DNA from: Candidatus Latescibacterota bacterium
Lineage (GTDB): Bacteria; Latescibacterota; UBA2968
Direction of reading: 5' to 3'
DNA length: 40,517 nt
Assembly (NCBI GenBank): GCA_038279365.1
Contig: JAYODI010000055.1
Location: forward strand, 1 to 40,517
Of the stretch, positions 10,334-20,244 are shown in pieces (within the stretch, counting starts at the first letter, position 1; each line of letters starts with the position of its first letter). A model generated the notes under the pieces. It saw only the letters and a list, made by a program, of their open reading frames with translations. It did not search any database and was not told the DNA's origin. The position numbers were made by a program, and so were the translations under genes.

Positions 10334-11464
10334 ATGTCCACCACAATGAAAGCCATCCGCAAACCCAAGGCCGAACCCGGCTTGGTTGTTGAAGATGTGC
10401 CCATTCCATCACCCGGCCCACACGATGTGCTTGTACGGGTAGAAGCCACCAGCATATGTGGCACCGACCTGCACATCTACAAATGGGACGACTGGAGCCG
10501 CAACCGCATCAAACCACCCATTACCCTCGGCCATGAATTTGCAGGCACCGTGGTCGAAGTGGGCAAATTGGTCGAACAAGTCCACATTGGCGATTATGTC
10601 TCTGCCGAGAGCCACATCACCTGCGGACACTGCTTCCAATGTCGCACAGGCCAGGCCCACATGTGCCCCCAAACGCAAATTTTGGGCGTAGACCGCGATG
10701 GCGCTTTTGCCGAATATGTCGTCATTCCCGAAACTGTCGTCTGGCAAAACAACCGCACCAAACTGCCACCTGAAATTGCCACCTTACAAGAACCCTTTGG
10801 CAACGCCGTTTTTGCCTCTCACTCCCACGACCTTACTGGCCAAACCGTGGCCGTTTTTGGGTGTGGTCCCATTGGGCTTTTTAGCATTGGCATTGCCCGT
10901 GCTGCCGGTGCTGCCGCCGTTTTTGCCATTGACCCCGTCGAATTTCGCCTTGGGCTGGCTTGGGCTATGGGTGCTTCTCAAACCTTTGCCCCCAAAAAGG
11001 GCGAAAGCACCCTCGATTGGCTCTTAGAAGCCAACGAAGGTTTTGGGGTCGATATTGTGCTCGAAATGAGCGGTGCGCCTCCAGCCATTAACGATGCCTT
11101 TTCTGCCGTGCGAAACGGCGGTCGCATGACCCTATTTGGCATCCCTGCCGATCCTGTCGAAATCGACGTGGCCGAAAAAATGATCTTCAAAAACCTCACG
11201 GTTTGCGCCCTCAATGGCCGCCGCATTTGGGATACGTGGTACAAAACGCGCTGGTTGCTCGAAAGTGGTGTGGTTGATCTCAACCCACTCATCACCCGAA
11301 AAATGAAATTTGAGCAAATCGACGATGCCATTGCCTTGCTTAGCCAAGGGCAAGCCTGTAAAATCGTCTTGTGTCCAGACCACGCAAAAGAAGCACCACT
11401 TCCCCAAACAGACACACAGCGAGCCGTTGATGCCAATGTTACAGGGCAGATTGTCCATCCCTAA
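10334..11464 (+). CDS. tdh: L-threonine 3-dehydrogenase
   Basis: SICGTDLHIY.WD.W, GHEFAG, VSAESHITCGHC..C..G..H.C, EPFGNAV, G.GPIG and LEMSG motifs; AAGGAG SD. Confidence 0.9.
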   Translation: MSTTMKAIRKPKAEPGLVVEDVPIPSPGPHDVLVRVEATSICGTDLHIYKWDDWSRNRIKPPITLGHEFAGTVVEVGKLVEQVHIGDYVSAESHITCGHCFQCRTGQAHMCPQTQILGVDRDGAFAEYVVIPETVVWQNNRTKLPPEIATLQEPFGNAVFASHSHDLTGQTVAVFGCGPIGLFSIGIARAAGAAAVFAIDPVEFRLGLAWAMGASQTFAPKKGESTLDWLLEANEGFGVDIVLEMSGAPPAINDAFSAVRNGGRMTLFGIPADPVEIDVAEKMIFKNLTVCALNGRRIWDTWYKTRWLLESGVVDLNPLITRKMKFEQIDDAIALLSQGQACKIVLCPDHAKEAPLPQTDTQRAVDANVTGQIVHP

Positions 11465-11485
11465 TACATACCATCACAAAAATTT

Positions 11486-11521
11486 AAAAGCCGATGCGTA
11501 TTAAACGTGTCGGCTTTTTTT
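11486..11521 (+). terminator. Intrinsic terminator after tdh
   Basis: AAAAGCCGATGCGT-loop-ACGTGTCGGC followed by a T run. Confidence 0.8.
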
Positions 11522-11582
11522 ATAAAAAAACTTTTAAACCTTCCCAACCATCCCATCATCTAATCCAAAAGTAAAACCGCTC

Positions 11583-11640
11583 CGGGTGTGTCTGGAAAGC
11601 TTTCGGCTCAGTTTCATTTCCTGCTTTTCAGTCACACCCG
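11583..11640. repeat. Long stem-loop element, copy 1
   Basis: 18-bp arms with 2 mismatches; 22-nt loop starting TTTCGGCTC. Confidence 0.7.
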
Positions 11641-11740
11641 TCTAAAAAAACACGATGCATTTAAACCTTTCCCCCCCCACCATCATCTCATACGTCAGAT
11701 AACACTTAAAATAAACGCAATGTGTCATCTGCTCCTCTGT

Positions 11741-11797
11741 AAATGTGCCAGGAAAGTTTTCGGCTCCGAGTTACGCACTCACTTTCCTGGCACATTT
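11741..11797. repeat. Long stem-loop element, copy 2
   Basis: Perfect 17-bp arms; 23-nt loop starting TTTCGGCTC. Confidence 0.75.
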
Positions 11798-11802
11798 TAT
11801 GT

Positions 11803-13047
11803 CTATTTGGTAAGAAAAATCTCCGTTTTCAACGCACTCTTGTTATCCCCGCCAATACCACCGGCATTCAACCCCCGTGTATACATCAAAAAATGCCCCT
11901 CCTCATATGTTTGATGGGGGCGTGTCCAATCCCATTGCTCAAGGGCAGGCAACCAATTGGCCGCTTCATTGTCCACCTCTGTCACCTGTGTCAAAGACAC
12001 CCGATTGCCTTCCGCATCCAAAACCAAATGAAACACCTCCAAGCAAGGCGCAAACCACTGGCATCTTTTGCCTGTTGGATCTGTAGCAAAAGCAAAATGG
12101 ACATTGCCCGCACCATCGCGTGACAAAGATGTGGAACGCCCACCTTCCATATTTAACCCATCCAAACGATCTGCCAAATCAATCATTTGCCAACCCGATT
12201 CTTTTCTCCGCCAAATCACACCACTTTCATGCCCCACAAAAGAACAAAAAAACCACGGTTGATTGTGGGCATCCACCACCAAATTACCCACACGCACACT
12301 GTGTCGTCCATCGCCTCCATCGGGTGCATAACACACAGCTTGCATCGTATCTAACGCAATTGGATCATCCACCCGTTTTCCCTCATTTTCCCATGTATCG
12401 CCCCCATCAGATGACTTCACATACACCGCCGCACGCCCTCGACAATCTGCCGCATTGCCCGACTCGGCAAAATGAAACTGAAACACCAAGTGGATATCAC
12501 CCGTAGGCCCCACCGCAAGCGACTGCATAAAATGATTATATCCCGCCGTTGGGCTAATCGCCAGCATACGCGGTGTTTCCCAAGCTTGCCCTGTCTTTTT
12601 GCGCCGATATAACAAATGCCACCGATCCCCTCGCTCGCGATGTGCCAAATGTAAGGTTCCCTCGCCATCTACCACCAAGCTTGGATAGGTACCCAAATGG
12701 CCCAAAAGCTCAGGCTCAGACCAAGCCTCCTCCCGCTCAGGATTATCTGAATACCGATAAATAAAGGGTCCGTGATGCGCACCCACCACTGCGTGCACAC
12801 GCCCTTTAGCATCTTGGGCCAAAGCCGACCCACAATGATTGTCTATGCCCCCACCCAATGGAAACGCATGACGCAATGTGCCCGTTTCCAAATCGCAAAC
12901 CCCCAACATCGCCTGCACAGGTTCACCCTTGGTCGGCGGTGCATCCAACCAACCAATCAACAATTTCCCGTCGCGTCGAATCATGCGATTGCTCACATTA
13001 TAACCCGTACCACGATCAGATCCCACGGTCGAAATAAGATGACGCAT
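11803..13047 (-). CDS. BNR-repeat / beta-propeller protein (BNR-4-like)
   Basis: DNHC.....D..G..H...G.H, TYPSL and Asp-box SSDGGDTW motifs. Confidence 0.65.
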   Translation of the reverse strand: MRHLISTVGSDRGTGYNVSNRMIRRDGKLLIGWLDAPPTKGEPVQAMLGVCDLETGTLRHAFPLGGGIDNHCGSALAQDAKGRVHAVVGAHHGPFIYRYSDNPEREEAWSEPELLGHLGTYPSLVVDGEGTLHLAHRERGDRWHLLYRRKKTGQAWETPRMLAISPTAGYNHFMQSLAVGPTGDIHLVFQFHFAESGNAADCRGRAAVYVKSSDGGDTWENEGKRVDDPIALDTMQAVCYAPDGGDGRHSVRVGNLVVDAHNQPWFFCSFVGHESGVIWRRKESGWQMIDLADRLDGLNMEGGRSTSLSRDGAGNVHFAFATDPTGKRCQWFAPCLEVFHLVLDAEGNRVSLTQVTEVDNEAANWLPALEQWDWTRPHQTYEEGHFLMYTRGLNAGGIGGDNKSALKTEIFLTK

Positions 13048-13129
13048 AGACCACCCCTTGCGTTTTAACGGTTGCCTGATTATTCTTTACCCATCACTTA
13101 AAAACAGACCACTCAAAAAAGGAACACAC

Positions 13130-14068
13130 ATGCCCAAAATTTACGACGACATCACCCAAACCGTTGGCAACACCCCACTCGTGCGCGTAAACAAACTGCT
13201 CAACAACCCCAAAGCCGATGTATTGGCCAAATTGGAGTATTTCAATCCCCTCGGCAGTGTCAAAGACCGCATTGGCGTGGCCATGATCGAAGCCGCTGAA
13301 CGCGAAGGTAAAATCACCCCCGACACACACATCGTTGAACCCACATCCGGCAACACAGGCATTGGTTTGGCATTTGTCTGTGCCGCAAGGGGTTACCGTC
13401 TCACCCTCACCATGCCCGAAAGCATGAGCCAAGAACGACGTTTGTTGCTCAAATCATTGGGTGCCACATTGGTGCTTACACCTGCCGACAAAGGCATGAA
13501 CGGCGCCATCGCCGAAGCCGAACGCATTGTCTCTGAAGACAAAAATGCATTTATGCCCCAGCAATTCAAAAATCCGGCCAATCCAGAAATCCATCGCAAC
13601 ACCACAGCCGAAGAAATCTGGCGCGATACCGATGGCCAAGTAGACATCCTCGTTTCTGGCATTGGTACAGGGGGCACCATCACAGGCGTTTCCGAAATAC
13701 TAAAAAAACGCAATCCCCAATTTAAAACCATTGCCGTCGAACCCGATGCCTCACCCATCTTATCGGGTGGCAAACCTGGTCCACACAAAATTCAGGGCAT
13801 TGGCGCGGGGTTTGTGCCCGATATTCTCAACACCAAAACCATCGACGACATCATACGCGTCACCAACGATGAAGCCTTTGCCATGGCCCGTATGGCCGCA
13901 ACAAATGCAGGTTTGCTCGTAGGCATTTCTTCAGGTGCCGCCCTCCACGCTGCAAAAGTGGTCGCCCATCGCCCCGAAAGCGAAGGCAAAACCATTGTGG
14001 TCATCATTCCAAGCTGTGGTGAACGTTATCTGTCCACCGACTTGTTTGCCCACTTGCGCGACCAATAA
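13130..14068 (+). CDS. cysK: Cysteine synthase A
   Basis: [36 protein letters not shown] and GERYLST motifs. Confidence 0.96.
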   Translation: MPKIYDDITQTVGNTPLVRVNKLLNNPKADVLAKLEYFNPLGSVKDRIGVAMIEAAEREGKITPDTHIVEPTSGNTGIGLAFVCAARGYRLTLTMPESMSQERRLLLKSLGATLVLTPADKGMNGAIAEAERIVSEDKNAFMPQQFKNPANPEIHRNTTAEEIWRDTDGQVDILVSGIGTGGTITGVSEILKKRNPQFKTIAVEPDASPILSGGKPGPHKIQGIGAGFVPDILNTKTIDDIIRVTNDEAFAMARMAATNAGLLVGISSGAALHAAKVVAHRPESEGKTIVVIIPSCGERYLSTDLFAHLRDQ

Positions 14069-14117
14069 ACATCAACAGCCAAAGCATCTCAAAAGGTGTT
14101 TATTAAGCGCCATATTG

Positions 14118-14190
14118 AGCGGTCAGCAATCAGCCGTCAGTTAAACAACCCTACAGTGAATGGGTTCGCTGACTGCTGACTGCTGACTGC
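14118..14190. repeat. Heptamer-repeat hairpin between convergent cysK and lyase genes
   Basis: AGCGGTC-AGCAATC-AGCCGTC (from 14118) opposes (GCTGACT)x3 (14168-14188). Confidence 0.8.
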
Positions 14191-16575
14191 TTACATTGCC
14201 TCCATCCCCGAAACAAAAGACGCCACAACCGACCCACCTTCATCCACACGCACCGCGCCCACTGGGCTGTTGCACTCCAACCCTTTCATCTTCATCACAC
14301 CCCCACCATCACTTTGCAACAAAACCCGCAACTCACCATCCACCACAGGCACGCGCACGGCATACCCCTCACCCATAGTCTCACATATCACTTTCCCAAC
14401 CAATGTTTCTCCCACCCGATGGGGCTGACATACCGTAATAAAGTTCTGCGTCTTAACCTTTTCCGATGGCTCTGCCGTTACATGGTATTCTTTAAGTTGA
14501 ATGCGTTCTCTGGGTGGGGGATCAAATTGATCGGTCTGCCGAATGGTCAAGCCTTGTGGATACAACAAACTTACCCGACACGCAGCATCGTTTACCCCAA
14601 TTTGAAGCGTTTGTCCATCAATGCCCATCTCCTTTTCGGCATGTAAATGATATTGAAAAGTCGAAGGCTCTGGCGCAACCACCGTATCAAAAATGATAAT
14701 CACATCGGGCTTGGCAAACAAAATGCGGCGTGTAAAACGCGTCAGCAAATCACCATATGCTTTGCCTGCCTCGCCACACACATAATCAAATGACCGTGCC
14801 GAGCGAAAGTCCCGAATCTCTCCCACAGCCGCCCCACTGTTGCGCAACTGACTTTCGCCATTTACCGTAATACAGTTGGTCGACTTGGTATGATGCATCC
14901 AATTTTTGTGGTGATCACTGCCATGAATGTCGCGCTGACCCGTATGAATCAGCAAACGCTCGCCAAAAGCAAACACCGAAAATGAATTTTGCGCATCAAA
15001 TCCATGGCTTTGTGAACCCAGTGGGCTGCTCTTAAAAATCACTTCCACATTGTCTTTGGCATTCAAAAGATTGCTGTTCATCACCGCCAAACCCGTTCCT
15101 CGAAACACCTTTGATGTTGGCAAATCCACAGGTGCTTTGGCTTCTACGCTGGGCAATGATCCACGCACAAAATCAATATATTGCGACTGCCCACTGTGCA
15201 CCGCACCCAATCGACGTTTTTTGGCATCTTCATCCGTTTCAGATTGTGGTACTTTAGAATGTTCATCCACATACCATTTCCAATACGGGTTTTGCGCCAA
15301 AGATGCCAATATTGTTACCAATCCCACATTCTGATCAGATGTGCGCTGTGTGGTCAAATCACCCACACCCCCACCCCGTGTTCCGGGCGGTTGCAAATAC
15401 ATAGGCAAATCACCTGCGCGTGCAAAATAAGGCATATCAAATGCATCCACACCCATTGCCGCACGCATAATATCGGCCCACCATGTAAATCGCTGAATAT
15501 AACTGGCCCAATATTGCAAGCCTTGATGCCATCCGCCATCTTCATCACACCAAGCCGGATATACGGCCCCAAACACATTCATCGCAAACCACACCCATTC
15601 CTCAGCCTCGGGAATCTCGTCAAAAAATGTCACGCCAATCTCACCCAAAAAATGCCATGCGCGCCCTGCATGACTGCCATAAGGGTGCCACAAATATTGC
15701 ATCTCCACAGCCAAATGGTCATACATCTCTTGACCACGAATACGCATTAAGTCGCAACACTTTTTGCGCTCTGCATCCGTTAACAAATCATTCACAAACG
15801 AATACGTACGACAAAAATAATAATTATAAGGCATGCCCGCTTCGTCATTATACCGATAGCCCGTAGCACCCTTCGGGTCCCAATCGGCACAAGCCAAAAG
15901 CAATTCCTTCGCCTTTTCGCCATAGTGTTCTTGCCCACCCAACAACCGCGTAAACGCCAATGTAGCCGCACTGTTTAAGGTGCGAATGGTATACACCCGA
16001 TTGCCCCACCAAATCTCCCGCCATGGTTCACTCAAACGCACCGTGCCCTCTGGATATGTGGGAGGTTCTGATGTAGGTGGCACATCGGCCAAAATCGCTT
16101 CACACGTGGCCACCAACTCGTCATACATCGGTTTCAAATCACCTTGTGCGCGGCGTCTTAAATCATCCAACTGTTCCGGTCGCAAAAACAAACGCGGGTG
16201 GCCTTTGGGAATGCGCCCCATCAATTCATCGCGCTCAGGCATAGGCAACGGTTTGGCATCGTTCGCGATTTCAAATTCGCGCACAGAACTCCAATTCGAT
16301 GCCACCCCATCCCCATTCACAAACCGAAACCGCCAAAACCACGCCCCCACATCAAATGTCTCAGCAGGGCGATGCGCCGTATACGTCAATCCCACTTTTT
16401 CATACGCCACATGTGCAAAGTCAGCCGTGCGCGCACATTGCACCTCATATGTCACCGCATCGTCTTGAGGCCGCCACACAAAGGCAGGCGGTGTTTCTTC
16501 AGTGGTTACCCCATCGGGCCGAAAACCCCATTCACCCGGTTGTGCAGGTGCTTCATTTAAAACAATATTGGCCAT
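14191..16575 (-). CDS. DUF4962 / heparinase II/III-like polysaccharide lyase
   Basis: N-terminal PP.F.W beta domain, HPRLF, PYGSH, DGGWHQG..YW and SHG...QNSF...GERL motifs. Confidence 0.75.
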   Translation of the reverse strand: MANIVLNEAPAQPGEWGFRPDGVTTEETPPAFVWRPQDDAVTYEVQCARTADFAHVAYEKVGLTYTAHRPAETFDVGAWFWRFRFVNGDGVASNWSSVREFEIANDAKPLPMPERDELMGRIPKGHPRLFLRPEQLDDLRRRAQGDLKPMYDELVATCEAILADVPPTSEPPTYPEGTVRLSEPWREIWWGNRVYTIRTLNSAATLAFTRLLGGQEHYGEKAKELLLACADWDPKGATGYRYNDEAGMPYNYYFCRTYSFVNDLLTDAERKKCCDLMRIRGQEMYDHLAVEMQYLWHPYGSHAGRAWHFLGEIGVTFFDEIPEAEEWVWFAMNVFGAVYPAWCDEDGGWHQGLQYWASYIQRFTWWADIMRAAMGVDAFDMPYFARAGDLPMYLQPPGTRGGGVGDLTTQRTSDQNVGLVTILASLAQNPYWKWYVDEHSKVPQSETDEDAKKRRLGAVHSGQSQYIDFVRGSLPSVEAKAPVDLPTSKVFRGTGLAVMNSNLLNAKDNVEVIFKSSPLGSQSHGFDAQNSFSVFAFGERLLIHTGQRDIHGSDHHKNWMHHTKSTNCITVNGESQLRNSGAAVGEIRDFRSARSFDYVCGEAGKAYGDLLTRFTRRILFAKPDVIIIFDTVVAPEPSTFQYHLHAEKEMGIDGQTLQIGVNDAACRVSLLYPQGLTIRQTDQFDPPPRERIQLKEYHVTAEPSEKVKTQNFITVCQPHRVGETLVGKVICETMGEGYAVRVPVVDGELRVLLQSDGGGVMKMKGLECNSPVGAVRVDEGGSVVASFVSGMEAM

Positions 16576-16645
16576 AAAATCTCCTCAGCTTATTCACAAG
16601 CTCACTCAGATATAAACAGCAAACACTTCTTAATTGACCGCTTAC

Positions 16646-17650
16646 CTAAAACCCAACTTCTCTCAAACCCTCATCTGCCGCCTGCTGAATCTTTAACACC
16701 GCACGCGACGATTGAATCACTTGCGCTGTATCTAAATCATCACTCGAAGAAGCGCCTTCAATATCTTTCAAAAAATAATCAAAGTAATTTGCCGTCACAT
16801 CGGGCAAATCGCAGTCGGTCATTTCACCCTTGGCATTTTTCAAAATAGACTTGGACGTGGTTGCCGTTTCCAAAACCCCCTCGCGCCCCCAAATGGTGAT
16901 TCGCCAATAATGAGGTGAGGCATACCCACCCTGATCGGGCATAAAATACGACACATCGCCCAACACCCCACACCCATTATTCATACTCAACATCATTTGC
17001 CCACCATCTTTAAAATGTGGGAACTCTGGCGCAAATGCATTCCAACATCTGGCCGCATGAATCGTTTCAAATTCCAAACCTGTCATCCAAGGCAACGCAT
17101 CAATCGCATGAATGCCAATATCTGTAATCGTTCCCCCATGTTTGCCCGGTTCAAAATACCAGCGTGCCCGCGAATCCAAGTTCAGGGGATGTTGTCCACC
17201 AAAAGAAATGGCATGCACCTCACCAATCATACCTGCACGAATAAAATTGCGCAATCCGTTCATTTGCCGAGAACCACGCATCGTAAACATACACCCAACC
17301 TTCAATTTTTTTTCTTTGGCCAACCGTTCAATCTCATCAATCTCATCCAAATCCGTACACAATGGTTTATCCGATATCACATGTTTGCCCGCCTTCAATG
17401 CCGCAATCATCACCGACCCACGGTTGGCAAAATAATCACCCGTCGCAATCACGTCGCAATCGGCCTGAGCAATCAAATCATCAGCCGAGTCATGGGTGAT
17501 CTGCACACCTTTACTTATTGCCTCTTTTCGCGTCTCCTCATGCATTTCACAAGCCGCCACAACGTCAACCCCAGCAGTCTCATTCACTTTGTTAAAAAGG
17601 CTATAAATATGCCCATGTCGAAATCCAACAAATCCAAATCGAATTGCCAT
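16646..17650 (-). CDS. Gfo/Idh/MocA family oxidoreductase
   Basis: GFRHGH, GKHVISDKP and GG.I.DIGIH.ID motifs; AAAGGA SD before ATG 17650. Confidence 0.88.
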   Translation of the reverse strand: MAIRFGFVGFRHGHIYSLFNKVNETAGVDVVAACEMHEETRKEAISKGVQITHDSADDLIAQADCDVIATGDYFANRGSVMIAALKAGKHVISDKPLCTDLDEIDEIERLAKEKKLKVGCMFTMRGSRQMNGLRNFIRAGMIGEVHAISFGGQHPLNLDSRARWYFEPGKHGGTITDIGIHAIDALPWMTGLEFETIHAARCWNAFAPEFPHFKDGGQMMLSMNNGCGVLGDVSYFMPDQGGYASPHYWRITIWGREGVLETATTSKSILKNAKGEMTDCDLPDVTANYFDYFLKDIEGASSSDDLDTAQVIQSSRAVLKIQQAADEGLREVGF

Positions 17651-17834
17651 ATCAAATCCTTTCCCAAACCAATAGATATACCTTATCTCAGAAACACAAA
17701 GCATGATAACATCTGTATACAAATTTGCAACCGTGTGATACACTGCCACAGAAGCAAAAGTTTGATAAATTAGAAAAATTTGACAAAACAAAATCCCGCC
17801 ATTAAAAAAATTTCATATTTTTCCATTTACACCC

Positions 17835-17864
17835 TTGACATATTTTTCAAAATTCGGGTATATT
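17835..17864 (+). promoter_or_regulatory. Near-consensus sigma70-type promoter
   Basis: TTGACA-18 bp-TATATT with an AT-rich upstream tract. Confidence 0.7.
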
Positions 17865-17870
17865 TTGTGT

Positions 17871-18217
17871 GTAAGGAAAACAATATGATTTGGCGACAGT
17901 CCGCTCGAAATGGTTTTTGTCTGCCATTTGAAAATGGGTTTTCACCATCATTGCCGAACCGCTCCAGACTGAGTGCCTCGGCTCGGAAAGCAATTTCCAG
18001 AGAGTCCATTTAAAACAGGTAGGCACATCGCGCCACACTCACCAAACCGCGAGCGTGTGTAACAGGTCGCAAACCCTTAAACAGGAGGTTCCGTGCCACC
18101 TATCCAATATCTGCGATCGGGTTCTCGAGTCTCCACCCCGGTCGTCTAAAATAGGAGATCGCATGAGTTGTCATACATAACGGTCGCAGCCATTTCTCGC
18201 TGCGACCGTCTTTTTTT
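17871..18217 (+). ncRNA. Candidate structured RNA / micro-ORF transcript of unknown family
   Basis: Bounded by a promoter and a terminator; several nested helices; no ORF over 42 aa downstream of the promoter. Confidence 0.55.
18180..18217 (+). terminator. Intrinsic terminator
   Basis: ACGGTCGCAGC-8 nt-GCTGCGACCGT-C-T7. Confidence 0.85.
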
Positions 18218-18285
18218 ATATTAAAAAAAGGCCACAATCATAATCGATCGTGACCTTTCATTCTCAGCGTGAATAAATCTTAATT

Positions 18286-19317
18286 TTAAACCTGCACAGG
18301 CATATCAATACGGTCTCTTACCACTTGCGCATATTCCCCCGCAGCCTTAATCGCTTCTACCATCCCATGCGCATCTGCGATTCCTTTTCCTGCAATATCA
18401 AACGCGGTTCCATGATCAACAGAAGTACGCAAAAATTTTAATCCCATTGTAAAACTCACCGTACCGTGAAAATCCACAGTCTTGGTTGCGATATGTCCTT
18501 GATCATGATACAAACTCAGCACCCCATCATAACGCCCTTCAAGTGCCTGATGAAAAACAGAGTCTGCAGGCACTGGCCCACGTACCTTTAAGCCCAATTT
18601 CTGTGCTTTGGCAACAGCTGGCTGAATCACTTCCATTTCTTCACGCCCAAACAAACCCTGCTCACCGCCATGTGGGTTTAATGCCGCCACCGCCAAAAGC
18701 GGGTCATCAGCTCCCAACTGACGCAAATATAAATCACACAAGGGCAAGTATTCCAAAATGCCTTCTTGTGTAATGGCATCGGCAATTTCGCGAAATGAAA
18801 GATGGCGCGTTAAAAAGAAAACCTTCATCTTGCGAACCACAAACAAAGTCATGGGCAATCGGTGTGCCGAACGTGCATTTAAAACAGACGTATGATCAAT
18901 ATGTGGCACTTTGGCCGCTTGCAAAGATTCTTTGTTTAACGGTGCCGTAGCCAACCCCACCACATCCCCCGAGAGTGCATCGTCAATGGCGCGGTTCAAA
19001 TAACCATAGCCCGCACGTCCCCCATCTGCCGATATCTCACCATAAGCAATCGACCCGTCCAAAATCCCACAATCCACAAAATCCACACATCCTTTTTCAA
19101 ATCGCCCGTCCGTTGGATTTTCCACGGCATTAAGTTCCAGGTCCACACCCAACATCTCCAACGTCTGTTCCAAAATGGCCCGATCTGCATACACAACCGG
19201 TCGAATAGATGCATGCGTCGCATCATTTTGCAATGCCTTAATGACAATCTCTGGTCCAATGCCTGCCGGGTCACCCACCGTCAACCCAATAATCGGACGT
19301 TCCTTTTTATCGCTCAA
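18286..19317 (-). CDS. pdxA: 4-hydroxythreonine-4-phosphate dehydrogenase (PdxA/PdxA2 family)
   Basis: GDPAGIGPE, TAPLNKE, LNPHGGE.G.FG.EE, GPVPADSVF, YHDQGH and RTSVDHGTAFDIAG motifs; GGAGG before TTG 19317. Confidence 0.93.
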   Translation of the reverse strand: MSDKKERPIIGLTVGDPAGIGPEIVIKALQNDATHASIRPVVYADRAILEQTLEMLGVDLELNAVENPTDGRFEKGCVDFVDCGILDGSIAYGEISADGGRAGYGYLNRAIDDALSGDVVGLATAPLNKESLQAAKVPHIDHTSVLNARSAHRLPMTLFVVRKMKVFFLTRHLSFREIADAITQEGILEYLPLCDLYLRQLGADDPLLAVAALNPHGGEQGLFGREEMEVIQPAVAKAQKLGLKVRGPVPADSVFHQALEGRYDGVLSLYHDQGHIATKTVDFHGTVSFTMGLKFLRTSVDHGTAFDIAGKGIADAHGMVEAIKAAGEYAQVVRDRIDMPVQV

Positions 19318-19364
19318 ACGACCCACCTCCATAAATGCAATTGAAAAAATTCACAAGCCACTTT

Positions 19365-19390
19365 TGACCTGCGACCTGTGACCTGTGACC
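19365..19390. repeat. Heptamer tandem repeat (YGACCTG) x3.7
   Basis: TGACCTG-CGACCTG-TGACCTG-TGACC, just past the esterase stop. Confidence 0.8.
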
Positions 19391-19393
19391 GAT

Positions 19394-20233
19394 TTACCGC
19401 ACATCCCGCCACAACCACCGCAACGTATCTGGCAAAATGGTTCCCCCATGCAAACCACTGTGTTTGCCCTCACCTGCAACAAACTTATAATCGTAATCCA
19501 TCAACTCCAAAGAACTGTCCATTTGCAAATTGCTCAACCACCAATCGCCGTGCTCTTTATTCAAATCGTTGCAACCATCTTGCAAAAACACCCGAATCGG
19601 TTTGCGCTCACTCTTGCGAATCACAAATGGATACACATGCCCGCCCCGAATATTGACAAAACTACCAATATGGCTCACCACCTTGCGAAACGCATCGGGT
19701 CGCTCCCACGCCACCGTAAACGCACAAATACCGCCCGAACTGCTGCCACAAATGGCACGCCGTTCAGGATCGTCCGTCAAATTGTGTGTCTTGCCCACTT
19801 CGGGCAAAATCTCTTCCAACAAAAACCGCGCATATTGATCACTCAAGGTATCATATTCAAAACTGCGATTGTTTTTGGGCCCACTTTCGGGCAATGTATC
19901 CCCCCGATGCCCAGGGTTAATCATAATGGCCACAGTGACGGGCATGTCACCCCGGTGGATCAAATTGTCAAACACAATAGGCACACGAAAATGCCCCGTA
20001 TCACTCACACAGCCACCACCGTCTTGAAACACCATCACACACGCAGGTTTTGAAGCATCGTATTGTGCAGGGGTATATACCCAATATTCGCGAACAGTAG
20101 CTTCAAAAATTTGGCTGTGCCATACATGTTGGGTCACCTGACCTTGTGGCACACCTGCCTGTCGAAACGAATCGGGCCCGTGTGTAAACAATGCGCTGTC
20201 ATCGCGATCTTCATCACGCCGTCTTTTAGACAC
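19394..20233 (-). CDS. Alpha/beta hydrolase, Fes-like putative esterase
   Basis: VY.PAQY, VFQDG, NRSFEYD and the G-S-S-S-G-G nucleophile elbow. Confidence 0.85.
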   Translation of the reverse strand: MSKRRRDEDRDDSALFTHGPDSFRQAGVPQGQVTQHVWHSQIFEATVREYWVYTPAQYDASKPACVMVFQDGGGCVSDTGHFRVPIVFDNLIHRGDMPVTVAIMINPGHRGDTLPESGPKNNRSFEYDTLSDQYARFLLEEILPEVGKTHNLTDDPERRAICGSSSGGICAFTVAWERPDAFRKVVSHIGSFVNIRGGHVYPFVIRKSERKPIRVFLQDGCNDLNKEHGDWWLSNLQMDSSLELMDYDYKFVAGEGKHSGLHGGTILPDTLRWLWRDVR

Positions 20234-20244
20234 AACATCTCTCC

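Noticed and set aside
17651-17791. 47-aa N-terminal extension of the Gfo/Idh/MocA ORF
   Set aside because: A good SD precedes ATG 17650, where the Rossmann fold starts; the extension is AT-rich upstream sequence.
18115-18140. tmRNA or tRNA 3' end (GGGTTC...TCTCCACC)
   Set aside because: No TTCGA T-loop, no CCA end and no matching acceptor strand or tag ORF.
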